Source: Paraphysomonas bandaiensis (taxonomy: Eukaryota; Protista; Chrysophyceae). From it: a stretch of DNA of 64,000 nt. Shown here piece by piece: positions 38,585 through 51,728 of this stretch. Each line of letters starts with the position of its first letter. Positions within the stretch are counted from its first letter, which is position 1. The notes beneath the pieces were generated by a model that saw nothing but the letters and a program-made list of their open reading frames with translations, was not told where the DNA came from and searched no databases. A program made the position numbers and the translations under genes. Location of the stretch: assembly GCA_965644295.1 (NCBI GenBank), contig CBFFRP010000291.1, positions 124,001-188,000 of the forward strand, given 5' to 3'.

Positions 38585-38812
38585 GCCCCATATTGACATG
38601 TTTGACCGTCTAGTGAGTGCGGCCGAGTGTGTGACTCAAGTCTCTCTCTCCTCTTATCAGCCATATCGTGAAATCTCCTCCAAGTCATTTTATTACTGGA
38701 AGGACGGCTGTGTGTGGGATCATAGAGATGATGAGAAGAAAATCATCATTAAGAACAGATATATGCGACATGTATGAACACTGATTCGTAGTTTATATGA
38801 GGCTGATATATA
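38585..38812 (-). pseudogene. Degenerate 5' fragment of the F-box/ankyrin gene at 43165-44421
   Basis: DNA similarity to 44200-44395 (GTGACTCAAGTCTCTCTCT.CTCTTATCAG; GGGATCATAGAGATGATGAGA…CATCATTAAGAACAGATATA…TATGAACACTGATTC); frame disrupted and no ankyrin repeats. Confidence 0.7.
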
Positions 38813-39958
38813 TGAGATATATATGAATATATATAAATTGATAAAATGACATAGCTATCCACAGTATATATATGTATATATATATTCACAGTGCAGTATC
38901 TTTTACTGTATATATATATATGTATCATAGGGACAACACTGTAAAGATAATGATATGAAACAGCAATTCTTTATATGAGGAAGAGGAGTGGTCAGTGAAG
39001 CTGTGCTGTCGGACACATGGAGATCTTCATACGCTATGAGTGAGGGCGCTTATCTTCCTTAACTTCACGACAAACGACTTTGAATGACTGTATTGGCTTC
39101 CTCGAGAGCATGAATACCACCTGTTATTAGAGACCAGAAAAGAAAAAAAGGGGGATTAGGGTTAGGGTTAGTGTATTTGTAAAGTTGTGTATTTTTAAAA
39201 ACAGCATCACTGAAGTGAACTTTGCTTCCAGCTGCAGATAATGAGGCATCTGTCTGTCCCATAGTGGAGGCATATACAGCAGACATAAGATGAGGTGTCT
39301 GTCGTGCAGTGGCTGTGACCTGTACACTGCAGTGGTTCTGACCTACACAGATAGGTTTTACATTGTACTTATATTATGCATATTACTATAATATACTGAT
39401 CATTGTGTTCCAGGTACATAAGTACTACAACTGTCCTCGGTTGTGGGACAATAGCCGCTGTTGTTGGCCTTATTTGCTCGCCGTACATCACTTATATACC
39501 GTACGAGGTATGTGCGCGACGTATATTATTGTCCTGTACATATTTTAATGTTGTTGTCAAGCTCCATTATCCATTATGCCTGCAAGTAATTTGCGGCTGT
39601 CCTTGCAATAATTCGAATGCCTAAAGATATGTATATGCTTGGATTGTTAGACACGATCAAGAAAATTCTTCGATGGCAGCGTCAGTTCTCTGATGCCCCT
39701 GCTGATGAGATATTTGTCCATCCTAAGATACGATGATGAAATATATGATGTATATTGCATATTGCCTGGAGTATGTTCCCACGTTTGACTATAGGTGAAT
39801 ACCCTATTATTACACCTAGTCAACCTCGGCTAGGTATTTACACCAATTTTGGTGTGGCTACAAAAAAATTCCCCTAAATTGACTAGGTCGAAAAATAGAT
39901 CCCGAGCAAAATAAGAGTCCATGTATAGAAGTATCCGGAAAGTGAAGGAAAAAGCATA

Positions 39959-40781
39959 GTGAATGTCAAATTATTTAGCAATAGGCGTGTTGAAAGCCTG
40001 CACCAATTAGTGGCTAGAAGATGCTAGACAAACTATTTAGACCTCTACCCGTAACTAATCAATACAAACTATTTTATCCTACTATTTAACGCTACAAAAG
40101 CTGCTTGAGCGTCGCCGCAAACACCAAGGTGAAAGGTGCGACCAGTTCCGTTCTTAGTGTGTGTTATGACGCTCGCCATGATCGTGTGTCCTGGGACTCA
40201 CCGGCGCGTGTGATCTGAAGGTCTCCCCTCTTGGGATGAGACTCCACTCGCTATATATGATAGATGTGTATGTAGGGGACACGTTGTGCAACGTACAGCA
40301 TGACAAGTGAAAGCAGTGATCTAAGTGACAACACTGGAACGCTTAAGACTACACACATACATTGTGGCAATAATTTGCATCGGGAACTGCCTTATGTACC
40401 TCACGGCAACCAGGGGAAACAGTACTATACCCTGTTGCGATTGGCGATCTGGTGGCCTTTCTTTAGGCATTGTGCCAAGTGGCTCGGAGGTATGTGGATG
40501 AAGGTCTTGCAAAAGGTTATGGCCTACTGTGAAGAAGCGTCGAAATCGACTCTTTTGCTGTCTTAGCCAGCGGTAGAGAGCACATGCAAGAGAGTGTATA
40601 GCTGGACAGGAGTGGGATATGAGGGAGACACTCGGACGTCCTCAGCTGCCCTTGTTAGTGTCTGTGTTGATGCAGAGGGGTACAGGCTGAGGCATAGAGT
40701 GCGTGTGGAAAGAAGATGACGGCAAGCGAAGAGAGGGGAGATAGTTTGTCTGGGGGTTTTCGAGGAGGAGGTAGAGAGTAA
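39959..40781 (-). mobile_element. 5'-truncated non-LTR retroelement copy, 11-bp TSD
   Basis: GAAAAAGCATA at 39948-39958 and 40782-40792; inverted homology to 41695-42587. Confidence 0.75.
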
Positions 40782-40856
40782 GAAAAAGCATATTCTTGAT
40801 GTTATATTCTAGTTCTTATGTATTCAGCTGAAACAATACTGTACACGTGTACAGTT

Positions 40857-42587
40857 AAAATTGCTCTTCCTCTTCTGGTAAAAACACAGTTCAACAAAAA
40901 GTTATACCTTTTTAGCTCGCTCCAAGCTCAATGTCTCCATTGAGACCGTGGTTGTGTCCCATCAGCGGGTCCGGGCTCAGACTGTTCCCTTCTCTCCAAG
41001 CAGGGCAACATTTTGAAACACACCACACTGCCGACAAACATCTTGTCTTACCATGTTGTACACGCTCCCCGTTTGATAACGTGGCTTTGCAACCACTCTC
41101 CTCACTAACGCCGTCAGTTAAACCAAGTGCCTGCACCACTGCAGCGCTGTCTGTTCCTATTGGACATCTCCCTTGTAGACGCATCTGTCTCACACACCGT
41201 TCTCTACGGTTACAACGACTCATCGCATGGCTCGTGCGGGTAGGCACTCGAAAACGGTCCACTTGTTCATTCGCTAACACCCATGTTCTCCATCGGCCCC
41301 GCTACCTTGGAAGACAGGACCATATCTTGACGACCGCACAAACCAACCCAGCATGGTTAGTCTGTGCGTCTATGCACCAAGCAGAGCACCCCCTCACCCT
41401 GTTCGCCTATCATCCCCACAGCCCACACATCTCATTGGATGGACACAGTATTCCGCATACGGTATACCCGACTACTGTACTACTGTGTCCTACAGGATGT
41501 ATACCATTCCAATACGGTGCAAATATACTGCAGTACACCACACAGCTCACTTCGTCCCATGTACCTGTCCATGTACCTGTATACCTGTACTGTTGGACAC
41601 ATCACCATGTACTTGTACCTGTATACCTGCAGTACAGGCTCTTCTCTTTGTCCAACACACTCATAGCACCGCTGCACTGTCATACACACGCACCTTACAC
41701 TCTACCTCCTCCTCGAGAACCTCCAGACAAACCATCTCCCCTCCCTCCGTCTCTGACACCTTGCCGTCATCTTCCTTCCACACACACTCTATGCCTCAGT
41801 CTGTACCCCCCTGCACCAACACAGACACTAACAAGGGCAGCTGAGGACGTCCGAGTCTCTCCTCCAGACCATCATCATCATCACGATCATCTCGTGCATA
41901 GGTCTATCAGAGTACCCGACCTTGGCAGACCTAGTTCTGTTGCGCAGTCCCCCTCTCCTCAATCAGATGTTGCCTCTTTTGCACCATCACACTCCCTCTT
42001 GACTCCCTGTTGCTGGACACACCGGATGACCCTCATATCCCACCCCTGTACAGCTATACACCCTCTTGCATGTGTTCTCTACCGCTGGCTAAGACAGCAA
42101 AAGAGCCTATTTCGACGCTTCTTCACAGTAGGCCATAACCTTTTGCAAGACCTTCATCCACATACCTCCGAGCCACTTGGAACAATGCCTAAAGGAAGGC
42201 CACCAGATCGCCAATCTCAGAAGGGCATATTACTGTTTCCCCTAACTGCCATAAGGCTAATAAGTCAGTCCCCGTGAGGTACATAAGGCTATCTATCATA
42301 TAGCGAGTGGAGTCTCATCCCAAGAGGAGACCTCCAGATCACACGCGCCGGTGAGTCCCAGGACACACGATCATGGCGAGCCTCATAACACACACTAAGA
42401 ACGGAAGTGGTTGCACCTTGGTGCTTGCGGCGACGCACAAGCAGCTTCTGTAGCGTTAAATAGTAGGATAAAAGAGTTTGTATTGATTAGTTACGGGTAG
42501 TAGTCTAACTAGTATGACTAGCATTCTTCTAGCCACTAATTGGTGCAGGCTTTCAACGCCTATTGCTAAATAATCAGACATTCAATA
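40857..42587 (+). mobile_element. Non-autonomous (internally deleted) non-LTR retroelement, 15-bp TSD, with 448-codon ORF
   Basis: TACACGTGTACAGTT at 40842-40856 and 42588-42602; shared 3' end. The ORF starts with a degenerate C2H2-like motif (CPISG…FPS…QHFETHH); no recognisable RT catalytic motif. Confidence 0.75.
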
Positions 42588-42662
42588 TACACGTGTACAG
42601 TTTATGTATGTATGTACAGTACTTCTCTTAATATACTGTAATATATAATACACATCAGATAT

Positions 42663-43075
42663 CAGGGGGCGATAACAATATATTGCAATATATTGCCAGC
42701 AAAAATTAATGATAACAATAATAATATTTTAAAGACCAATAATAAATATGTTGCAATATATTGATATATATTAGGCGCTAAGAACAAAAATTAGCTCGAT
42801 CGGTAGTAACTAGTTAGTATAGGATACAACATGATGATGAAAATCCAATAACAATGCAGCAACTAGTAGTACTCCAAGTATTCCAGCTCTTCGTCACTGT
42901 CGCCCTCATTCTCGTCATGATCGGACGGTCCATCACCTGTTGTACTGCCTTTGCGGTCCACAAACGCTTGTTGATGCGAAGAAACAGCAGCCGTTCGAGG
43001 CGTCGTGGGGTCATTCCTTGTTGCAAGAGTGTCATGATAATCATCTTGGCTCTGCTGAAAAACCCCTTTGAATAA
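42663..43075 (-). mobile_element. hAT transposon 3' end remnant (TIR + transposase C-terminus)
   Basis: Terminus CAGGGGGCGATAACAATATATTGCAA; the minus strand encodes FFSRAKMIIMT…MTPRRLERLLFLRINKRLW; homologous to 8950-9266. Confidence 0.7.
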
Positions 43076-43164
43076 TATCAGCATCTACGGAGAGGTGGGA
43101 AGTGTTCTATTCTACTGTATTGTTCTTACAACGGTCATAACTCAAAACCATCAAATTACAGCTC

Positions 43165-44421
43165 CTATACGAAAGATGGACATGGAGGGTCCTGTGAACG
43201 AACCCACTGCAGAACATCCAAGTGTCCTCCATCAGCAGCAGCAGTGCAAGTACATTTACTCCATGGACATGGAGGGTCCTGTGAACGAAGCCACTTCAGA
43301 ACATCCAACTGTCCACCCTGTGCAGCATTACTGCAAGTATATTCATTCCATGGACATGGAGGGTCCTGTGAACGAAGCCACTTCAGTACATCCAACTGTC
43401 CACATCTAGCAGCAGAACAGCAAGAATCTGAATTCCATGGACATGGAGGGTCCTGTGAACGAAGCCATTTCAAAACATACATGCGACCACACTCTGAAGC
43501 TGCTTCACAGCTCCATTCATTCCATGGGCATGGAGGGTCCTGTGAACGAAGCCACTTCAGAACATCCAAGTGTCCATTTCTTGCAGCATCATGGCAAGTA
43601 TATATATTCCATGGACATGGAGGGTCCTGTGAACGAACCCACTTCAGAACATCCAAGTGTCCACATCTAGCAGCACCAGTGCAAGTCCATTCATCCCATG
43701 GGCATGGAGGGTCCTGTGAACGAAGCCACTTCAGAACATTCAAGTGTCCACCTTTTGCAGCAGAACAGCAAGTATATACACCCCATGGACATGGAGGGTC
43801 CTGTGAACGAAGCCACTTCAGAACATCCAAATGTCCTCCCTCTGCAGCAAAATGGCAAGTATCTGAATTCCATGGACATGGAGGGTCATGTGAACGAAGC
43901 CACTTCAGAACATCCAAGTGTCCACCCTCTGCAGCATTACTGCAAGTCTCTTCATCCCATCGACATGGAGGGTCCTGTGAACGAAGCCATCCCAGAATAG
44001 TTAAGTGTTCACCCTCCGCAGTAGCCCCCCAAGTCTCTTCATACCATGGACATGGAGGGTCCTGTGTATGTGTATCTATATGTGTGTATATGTGTTTCAT
44101 CTGCTGTAGTCTGCCGTATTGTGCACATGTATCCATTAGTTTGGTGTGTGGGCAGCCCATAGACAGAGCCCATGAGACCATTGAGTTGGTCATACAGTAG
44201 TGAGATGCATGTGACTCAAGTCTCTCTCTGCTCTTATCAGTGTAGACTATCTCGTGAAATCTCTTACTAGTCATGACCACAGGAAGGAGAGCTGCGTATG
44301 GGATCATAGAGATGATGAGACGCAGCACATCATCATTAAGAACAGATATACTCGACTTATATGAACACTGATTCATAGTGTATATGAGTCTGATGGAGTG
44401 TTTAAGGTGAGATGAGTTCAT
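43165..44421 (-). CDS. F-box-like + ankyrin-repeat protein (algal/giant-virus type), intronless
   Basis: N-terminal ISVLNDDVLRLIISMI…VVMTSKRFH (F-box-like), then ten 29-aa (87-bp) repeats CPWxxxxCxxAAxxGHLDVLKWLRSQDPP. Confidence 0.88.
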   Translation of the reverse strand: MNSSHLKHSIRLIYTMNQCSYKSSISVLNDDVLRLIISMIPYAALLPVVMTSKRFHEIVYTDKSRERLESHASHYCMTNSMVSWALSMGCPHTKLMDTCAQYGRLQQMKHIYTHIDTHTQDPPCPWYEETWGATAEGEHLTILGWLRSQDPPCRWDEETCSNAAEGGHLDVLKWLRSHDPPCPWNSDTCHFAAEGGHLDVLKWLRSQDPPCPWGVYTCCSAAKGGHLNVLKWLRSQDPPCPWDEWTCTGAARCGHLDVLKWVRSQDPPCPWNIYTCHDAARNGHLDVLKWLRSQDPPCPWNEWSCEAASECGRMYVLKWLRSQDPPCPWNSDSCCSAARCGQLDVLKWLRSQDPPCPWNEYTCSNAAQGGQLDVLKWLRSQDPPCPWSKCTCTAAADGGHLDVLQWVRSQDPPCPSFV

Positions 44422-44443
44422 ATCTATGTATATACATATATAG

Positions 44444-44582
44444 ACAGCATCTTATTTTTCGGAAATGTATTGAAGCAAAATTTATCTATATTACTGCAAT
44501 ACAACTACGGCTGGAATACAGATAATTGTTGTCTCAATATTAGAGGCATATTGGAATAAAAATATACAAAGGATGCCGATAC
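44444..44582 (+). mobile_element. MITE family A, copy 2
   Basis: Homologous to 18939-19089 and 52982-53136; ends TGCCGATAC. Confidence 0.6.
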
Positions 44583-45714
44583 ATATACAGTATATACAGA
44601 GAGCGGGACATACAAGCTGCACTATATCCCATATTGGTTCACAGAATACTGTCGTGTATATGATGGTATACCAGTGGAATACTCAAGCAATACAGAGTAC
44701 ATTTTTGGGCTTATACTAAAAACCACTCTGTGATAGAAAACTGGCAGATTTCTATGGAATAGCCACTTTTGAGGTTGTAAAAACACTGTTTTGTATATAG
44801 ACAACATACTGAGTATCGTACAGCAGACAGCAGTATCATCTTTAGATCACAGCACAGTTACTACAAACATATATGAGTGACAGAGATTCAGATAGAGGAT
44901 GCGAGTCACCCCTAAGAACAAGAGGAAGAACTGTTTGTTCTACGTATGTCTTGACCGTCTATAGTCTGGTTGAGTGATAGCTGTATATGAACTAACTACC
45001 ATACTATATAGATATATATACACATATATGGATATGAGATCATATGATATCATAATATGAATACTGCGGATACTATGAATTAATATTGTTAACATCATCA
45101 TATTCTCCTTGAGATGAACACTATAGTGATATTATTAGGTGGTGAGTCTTGCTGAGTATATATCATGGTCTTGTAACCATTAATTGTTCTTAATGGCATT
45201 TACTAGTACTTGATATATATTATGCTATAAAGAATGAAGTGTTTCAAAGATAGATGCCCCATTCGTAGTGCGTGGCCAAAGTGTAGGCTCGCTGGTATAC
45301 CACCTTTAAGTATCAATTTGGTGGAATTTCCTAGCCACACCGAAATTGGTGTAAAACCCTAGTCAATATTTCAATAAATTTTGATTGAATATGGTGATGA
45401 GTATAAGGAAAAGTTCTATTAGCTAAGCAGTAGTGGGGTTGATTGTCATGTGATCTTAATGACTAGTACTAATAATGGAATCTATGAATGTGTTTACTCA
45501 TTGACTAATGGTACTAATACATAGCAATAATAGTGTTGGGCAACAGTATTGTTGGGTCGTAGCATGTTCAGGTAGTACATCGTTGAGAAAATTGGGATTT
45601 CGAAGAAAGGTAGAAAAACATAAGTGAATTGTGTTTCTTTCCTGTAACTGATACAGCACATTATGCGTTGCGTGTTTTGTGTGTTTTGGTATATGCATAT
45701 ATAGGGGTGGAGGG

Positions 45715-45936
45715 TGCCCTATATTGACAGCTTAACTAATTACCACGTTTGACCGCCTAGTAAGTGCAGCTGAGTGTTGCGACCGCGCACCTCTACCTAT
45801 GTACACATTGCTCAGTGATAATGATGAAGCTAGATAGGTTCAGTATGTAGCTAACAAATAACGTACTATGTGACTTAATCAAGTATTAGTTAGATACCCA
45901 CCCGGCTCTACCTAAGTACGCACTCAGAATGGAGCA
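45715..45936 (-). mobile_element. MITE-like family B, copy 2 (internally deleted)
   Basis: Reverse complement of 29963-30235 / 63669-63952 (GCTGAGTGTTGCGACCGC.CAC…CTATGTACACATTGCT…AAGTATTAGTTAG.TACCCACCC). Confidence 0.65.
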
Positions 45937-46228
45937 GCTTTGAGTGATTAGTGTGACTAGATAATTCAACCAACTTGACTACTAGGTTGAATAATAGTTC
46001 CCTATACAAACTGATACATATGATACGAGCATTCTTCATCCCCTTTGCTACACTGCGATTATTACTATAAATCTAGAATTGTTTTACACAAATCAGAGCA
46101 CTTGTTACACTTACAACAGTTTCCGCAACTATTGAATTATTATTACAAAAATACTTAATATATATCACAAATTATACGATGCCACATGTCACAAGCCAAT
46201 AACGTATAAGAAAGTAGAAAGCAGAGCA

Positions 46229-49007
46229 CTATTGTCCGCTGGAGCGAGGTCTCCGTGAACTACCCGAATCTTTTTGTGTATCCCTGGAGTCTAAAACCTC
46301 GGCAACATGACGATTCTTTTTCTTTGATATTTCAAGTTGATTTAAACTATCAATAATAGCACTGGTTTAAACATAGAAAATGGAAGATACATACACACAA
46401 CCTGTCTTCGATTGATTCCAGACGAACTTGGTGCACTTGGTCTACAACTTCACATGAATCCACCCTTGCAAATATAAATCACCCCATACTTCTCGAAACT
46501 AATACACCATACCTCTGTGATAACTCTCTAATAAGAAGAGTGGTGTGTTGCCTATCAGCGTCAAGAGCTGCAGAATCTACCCCTTCTCCTTTCTAAAGTG
46601 TAGAGCACTTAAGATCACTGAAGTCAAATTTCCACAATACCAAACTCACAGATTTGAAATTTGCCCATTTGGCTTCTACGGTATTGAGTTTGTCTTCTAA
46701 AGCTAAATTCGTACGCCTCAAAGAACGAATCGCCTCAACAATATCCTGGACGGAGTGAATACTCCTCGACCCTACAGAAAAACATGTGATACAGAAAACG
46801 GTTTAAATTTACCACTACCCGATATAGAGCAAAATGACTCTAGTTTTCTAATGTGGTTAGCCAGTGCCTTAAACTCCGAAGGCTTTGCTGACGTCTCCTC
46901 TGTTGGGCGCTCTGTACGGATTTTAGATACGAAAATACTAATTGTGGTTAAGTAAACCTTCCACACGTGAGGTGCAGAGTAATTTTTCATGTTGGTGAAC
47001 TTTCTTGTTAAGAGAACCAGTTGCATGTTTTAAACTGCTGAACTCCCTCTGTACATCTGTATATACTATTTTACTGACGGTTCATGAATGGGGAAAATAG
47101 ATGTCTTCATAACAGCAACAATCATTATATATACACAGGTACCAAACCTGCGAGAGAATGGCGGATGGAATCCACCTTTTTAATCTCAGACTCTACTCCA
47201 TGAACACGCTTTTTCACTAAAGAAGGATATAAGTCTATGATATGTGCTTCATACAGGGGGTGATTACGTACGATTGTTATACATTTCCACAACGGACTGT
47301 TCTGTAGAAGTTCGACCTCTACCTCCCAAGACAATCTCAGCTTTGATCACTTCGTCCAGTTCTAAATATTACACCAACTTAAATAAACGGCTGAAAAATA
47401 TGCCCTACTACACACCATTGATTCTTCCCTCAAGATCTACAACCACAGCTGACAGAGGGACTGAGAGGGGGGATCCCTGCTGGGCTCTCAGTTCCTGAAT
47501 CTGAAGCATATGGCCACAACGTTAGATGTATTAGCAAGCATACGTACACCAGACACAACCTGTTCATTTGTAGCATCTAGACCTAAACTCAACTCTGAAA
47601 GGCTAGATATGTCTGTATTAAAATGATATCACGGCACATTCTTGGAGATACTTGTTCTAAACCTTCCGAATGCTTCTTTATACAGTTGGCCTGAGCCTGC
47701 ATCACAGAACATGTCAAAGTGGAAAAAACTGCAGCACAGTCAAACCTGCACATTATTCGAGAGACGATTCTCTGCTTGCTCTAGTGATACAATACGGCTC
47801 TCAATATCCCCATACAAACGTGTCTCTAATGCCTCCAGTTTCGACGTGGCAGAAACCTGTAGACGGCACCAACTTAAACATATAGGAAAGTTGCCTCTAT
47901 TATTAGTACCAATCGGGAAGTCGTAGTTTTCTTTAAGGCTTCATCTCTCCCAGCAGCAAGAAGACGCTCCATACGAGCGGAGTTAGTGCCTGATCCCGGG
48001 CTACTCTGAACATGACTTCCACCTATCATTCCATCCAAGTATCCCATTGGCATACCATCATCCCTACTTCTGCAGTGCGAGGTATATTAAGGCAGATAAA
48101 TTACACTGCCAATTATGTTACCCTAGGTTAAGTGAAGTTATGGTCTTTTCGTGTTCGGCAAGCACGTTTTCGATTGCTCGTATACTCTACACATACGGTA
48201 AACTTTAGCACCAGTCGCCTCAAAAGTTCAGTCACTACGTACTCGCTCAACAGAAGCTCTATCCGCCTTATCACCCAGCCTCTCGTGAGCCTCTGTCTGG
48301 CCCATCTAATATAACATCAAAAAACCAGGTTATAGCTGCGAAATACTATTCCTAACCTTCATGTCCAATAGATACTTCATCTCCGGTCTGTCAACTTTCA
48401 ACGAAACAGTTTCTTGTAATTCATCTACAGTACAGCGTAACTTATTACAATGCTCTTTTGTTGCAAAATCTTGAAGCTGACTGTTGATTGACTTCACATT
48501 AACTTCCAAATGAAGGAGGCGTGTCTTAATCTCATCAACATTTTTTTCTAATAGAGGAGAATGCTGACCATTACAAGACACTGTAGTCTTCTTTTGTCGA
48601 TAATTTGACATAACTAAATCAGTTTTATCAACTTTTCGTTTCATGGACTCATCAACATAACGAATTGTTGCTTTTCTTTCCATATTTGCTCGTATTTCTG
48701 CTAATTGTGCAGTTAATGAACTCATATCATCAATAGTAGCAATACGACTCTGTGCTATGAGTTTAGACTCTATCATATGACTGACATCCGTATTATTAAC
48801 TTTCTCTACTGAGATTTTATCAATATCTTTACGTAGAGCAGAGAGTGTATCAGTTAATGAGGCTATTTGATGATGTTGTCGTTCTATATACTCAAATGCC
48901 ATACAGAATGAAGATCGTAGAACATCCTGCATATTTCTCCACTTCCCTTCACCATATGAGAGATCATGTAGATCAATACCAGGGAATAAAGTAGTTGATG
49001 TATTCAT
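46229..49007 (-). CDS. Hypothetical multi-exon protein with N-terminal coiled coil
   Basis: A 225-aa first exon (coiled coil, KVD/KAT repeats) and a chain of short GT-AG-bounded exons to a stop at 46229 (…RRPRSSGQ*); internal exons not fully resolved and no family recognised. Confidence 0.6.
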
Positions 49008-49350
49008 ATGAAAGAAGTTAGTATGTGAATATGTGATCCTCACTTCGTGGGTTTATCTTTTGGTTGTATCGTTGAGGTGTATGTATGATAATGTATGTGA
49101 GGGTTACCACATAGCCGTTTAGGTATTGATATAATTGAGGTAAAAAACACGGATTACATACGTCCGGTATGCATAGAGGATGAGGTGTAACTCCTTGTAG
49201 CCGGTATATATACTATGTTCATCCCACCACTACACATACATACATACATATATGGATGTAGTACATGTATGGATAGCTGTATGTAACCTCCCATATTTAT
49301 GAACCAGCTTAATTAGACTGGCTAACACAGTTATTGCACTCAACAAGGGC

Positions 49351-51728
49351 ATGATCTACCGTCCATTGACATCTGAATATAACCACACTCTGTGGGTGTG
49401 AATTTAACATCATAATGCCCACAACTGAAGAAGAATTATTCAGTGTATTATCTCTCGAGGTATATACATATATATATAGTCAAACTCTCTCATATATGAT
49501 GTTAATACTTTGAATACTAGGCCAGCATATGGGATTCTAAAAGAAGTCAAGATAGAAATCGTATTAGAGAAGGCCCTCAGGCGATTCAGCGTATTGCAGC
49601 TAAAGTCGATAATGCCCTGAAGATACAGGCTCAAAAAGCACCCAAATTAACACTTTCACGAAAGAAAAGAGAAATATATCATTATAGAAACAAAGCTCTT
49701 TTAGATGATTTTCGAACTGAAAAATGTGGACTGGAAATGCTACTTGCTGACGGTGAGTCTGCTGTAGTTCGATACTACGGCAACAAGTCCAACATTATCA
49801 CTTCTGAAGTCGGTTTTATTCAGCCGTCTGAGTCATCCATTAATTCTCATTTAAATAAGAGTCAATTGCGGTTAACCGGTTACCCGCAGTCTTTAGTGGA
49901 TATGTTACATGATCGCAACTGCATCGATGATGGAAACTCTACTGCAGCAGCATTGTGGAACATTCAGCGACAGATGGCTGGAGTTATTGGAGGGTCGCGT
50001 TTCAGTGAGGCTGAGCCTATCACTCGTCCGAGCAGTCTACTTGCAATGATAAATACTCTTCAGCTTGGGGAGATCATGCTAACAAAGGACAGCAAAGGGG
50101 TGGAAGATGTTACCTCTAAGTTGTCTCTTTTTTTTGTTCTCTGTGTGGATATGTTAATGGATATGTTGGCGTGGATGGAAACCCCTGAAGATAATGGTAG
50201 CAGCGCAGAATGCTTATACATACCGTTGGTGTTGACGCAATGTGTCAGAACACTTCGTGCTGTACTCATGTCGGATTGTGAAGGTGGATTTATTGCACAC
50301 CGTAATCAAAATCCAGAGGAGACAAGGGAATACAACTCACGGCTAACGAATAGTCTGGTACAGTGGATGGACCGCTTAGCGGGCGAGAGAAAATGTCCAT
50401 CTGTTCTTCCTAGAGATATTGCATCTCCGTCACCGAATGAGGTGTTCAGTGGTGGACATGCTACTCATGCCAATTCTCTCGTCACTGACTTGCTTGTCTG
50501 TGGGAAATGTGCGGTTCACCTTCTTTTGATTGAGAGTGATGTTAGTACGATATGTCATGGGTTAGGAGAGCCCTATCATACCGACGCAGATCGGTTAATT
50601 AGTTCTGGTAGTGCACTTAGTCTTATTGTCTTAACAGAGCTCTCCGGTATAGTCAACCCGCTTCGACGGGTCAGCCAAGGAGATGTCAGGGCAGCAGAGA
50701 ATGTATATAGTGAGGCTAGTGCCTGTCTGAATTTTACTGCTGTGTGTTTTACAACTGGGATGATATCGCTTTCGTTATTGAGGTGTCTGGAAATAGGACA
50801 ACAAGTCACGCATGATTGCAAATATTCTATGGCGGTACAGTCCGCATGGCTTCAAGCGATCTTATCATCTATCCTGTGTTTGTCTTTGGGCCCAACTGAA
50901 GCAGCAGACGACGATATTGTTGGTCAAATTAACGCCGCTAAGATGGCTCTGATGAAAGCAAAGATCAACGATCAACCTATGGATGAGGCTCACGCAACTA
51001 TGCACATCCCACTTAAGGGGCAGTTCTTCTTGTATCTCGGTACAAGTATTCATGGTGTCTTGGAGGCACTCTCATTACACATCAACGGTGCAAGCATACA
51101 ACATATGGGTTTTTTGATCACCCGGCTGTTGCTGAGAAGTCCGTTTATGACGAATAAAGACATTGAATCATTTCTGGAAGGTGTGCAGGAGCAGGAACTG
51201 ACAGAGGATGAGGTTAAGATGAGACGGGCTGAAAGACGCCGTAAGCGCGCAGAAAAACGACAAGCTGAGAAACTTAAAGCAAAGCTTCGAGGTGCAGAAA
51301 ATGAGAACGAGGGCGAGGAAGAGGGGTTTCCTGCTGTGGCTGAGGTACATGAAGAGGAGGAGGAGGACGACGATGGTATAAGTGTGACTTCTATTGATGA
51401 TTGGAAGGAATGTAACAGGGATGCTGATGATAAGCTTATCGACGAAAGTAAAGAAGATATTGACGGAAAACAACTTAGTCTAAGTGAGGTACTCGTGCTG
51501 TCTGGAGAGCAGAATATGCAGTCACCGGAGGTTATGGAACAATGGCTACTACTTATTCATCACCTAGCAACGAGGTCTGCTATGTCGAAACAATCACTTA
51601 TAAACTTTTATGTTGATCGAATTGTACATAAAGTACTGGCCATTCAGATTAGTGATACGTATGTTATTGCTTTGTGTGAAATTTGTTTGTCTTTATTAAA
51701 GGCAGATGAAGAGGAATCTGAGCTTTGA
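49351..51728 (+). CDS. Hypothetical large helical (ARM-like) protein
   Basis: 663-aa ORF whose frame stays open upstream to an AG at ~49520; putative start at 49351; helical composition with an acidic/basic insert. 5' exons uncertain. Confidence 0.65.

Noticed and set aside
39155-39172. TTAGGG telomere-like repeats
   Set aside because: Only about 2.5 units; too short to support an interstitial telomere.
43181-44060. CRISPR-like alternation of constant and variable blocks with 87-bp period
   Set aside because: It is the in-frame ankyrin repeat coding array of a eukaryotic gene; no cas genes are present.
43244-44200. 318-aa plus-strand ORF (HGHGGSCERSHF repeats) and related short ORFs
   Set aside because: Antisense shadow of the ankyrin repeats.
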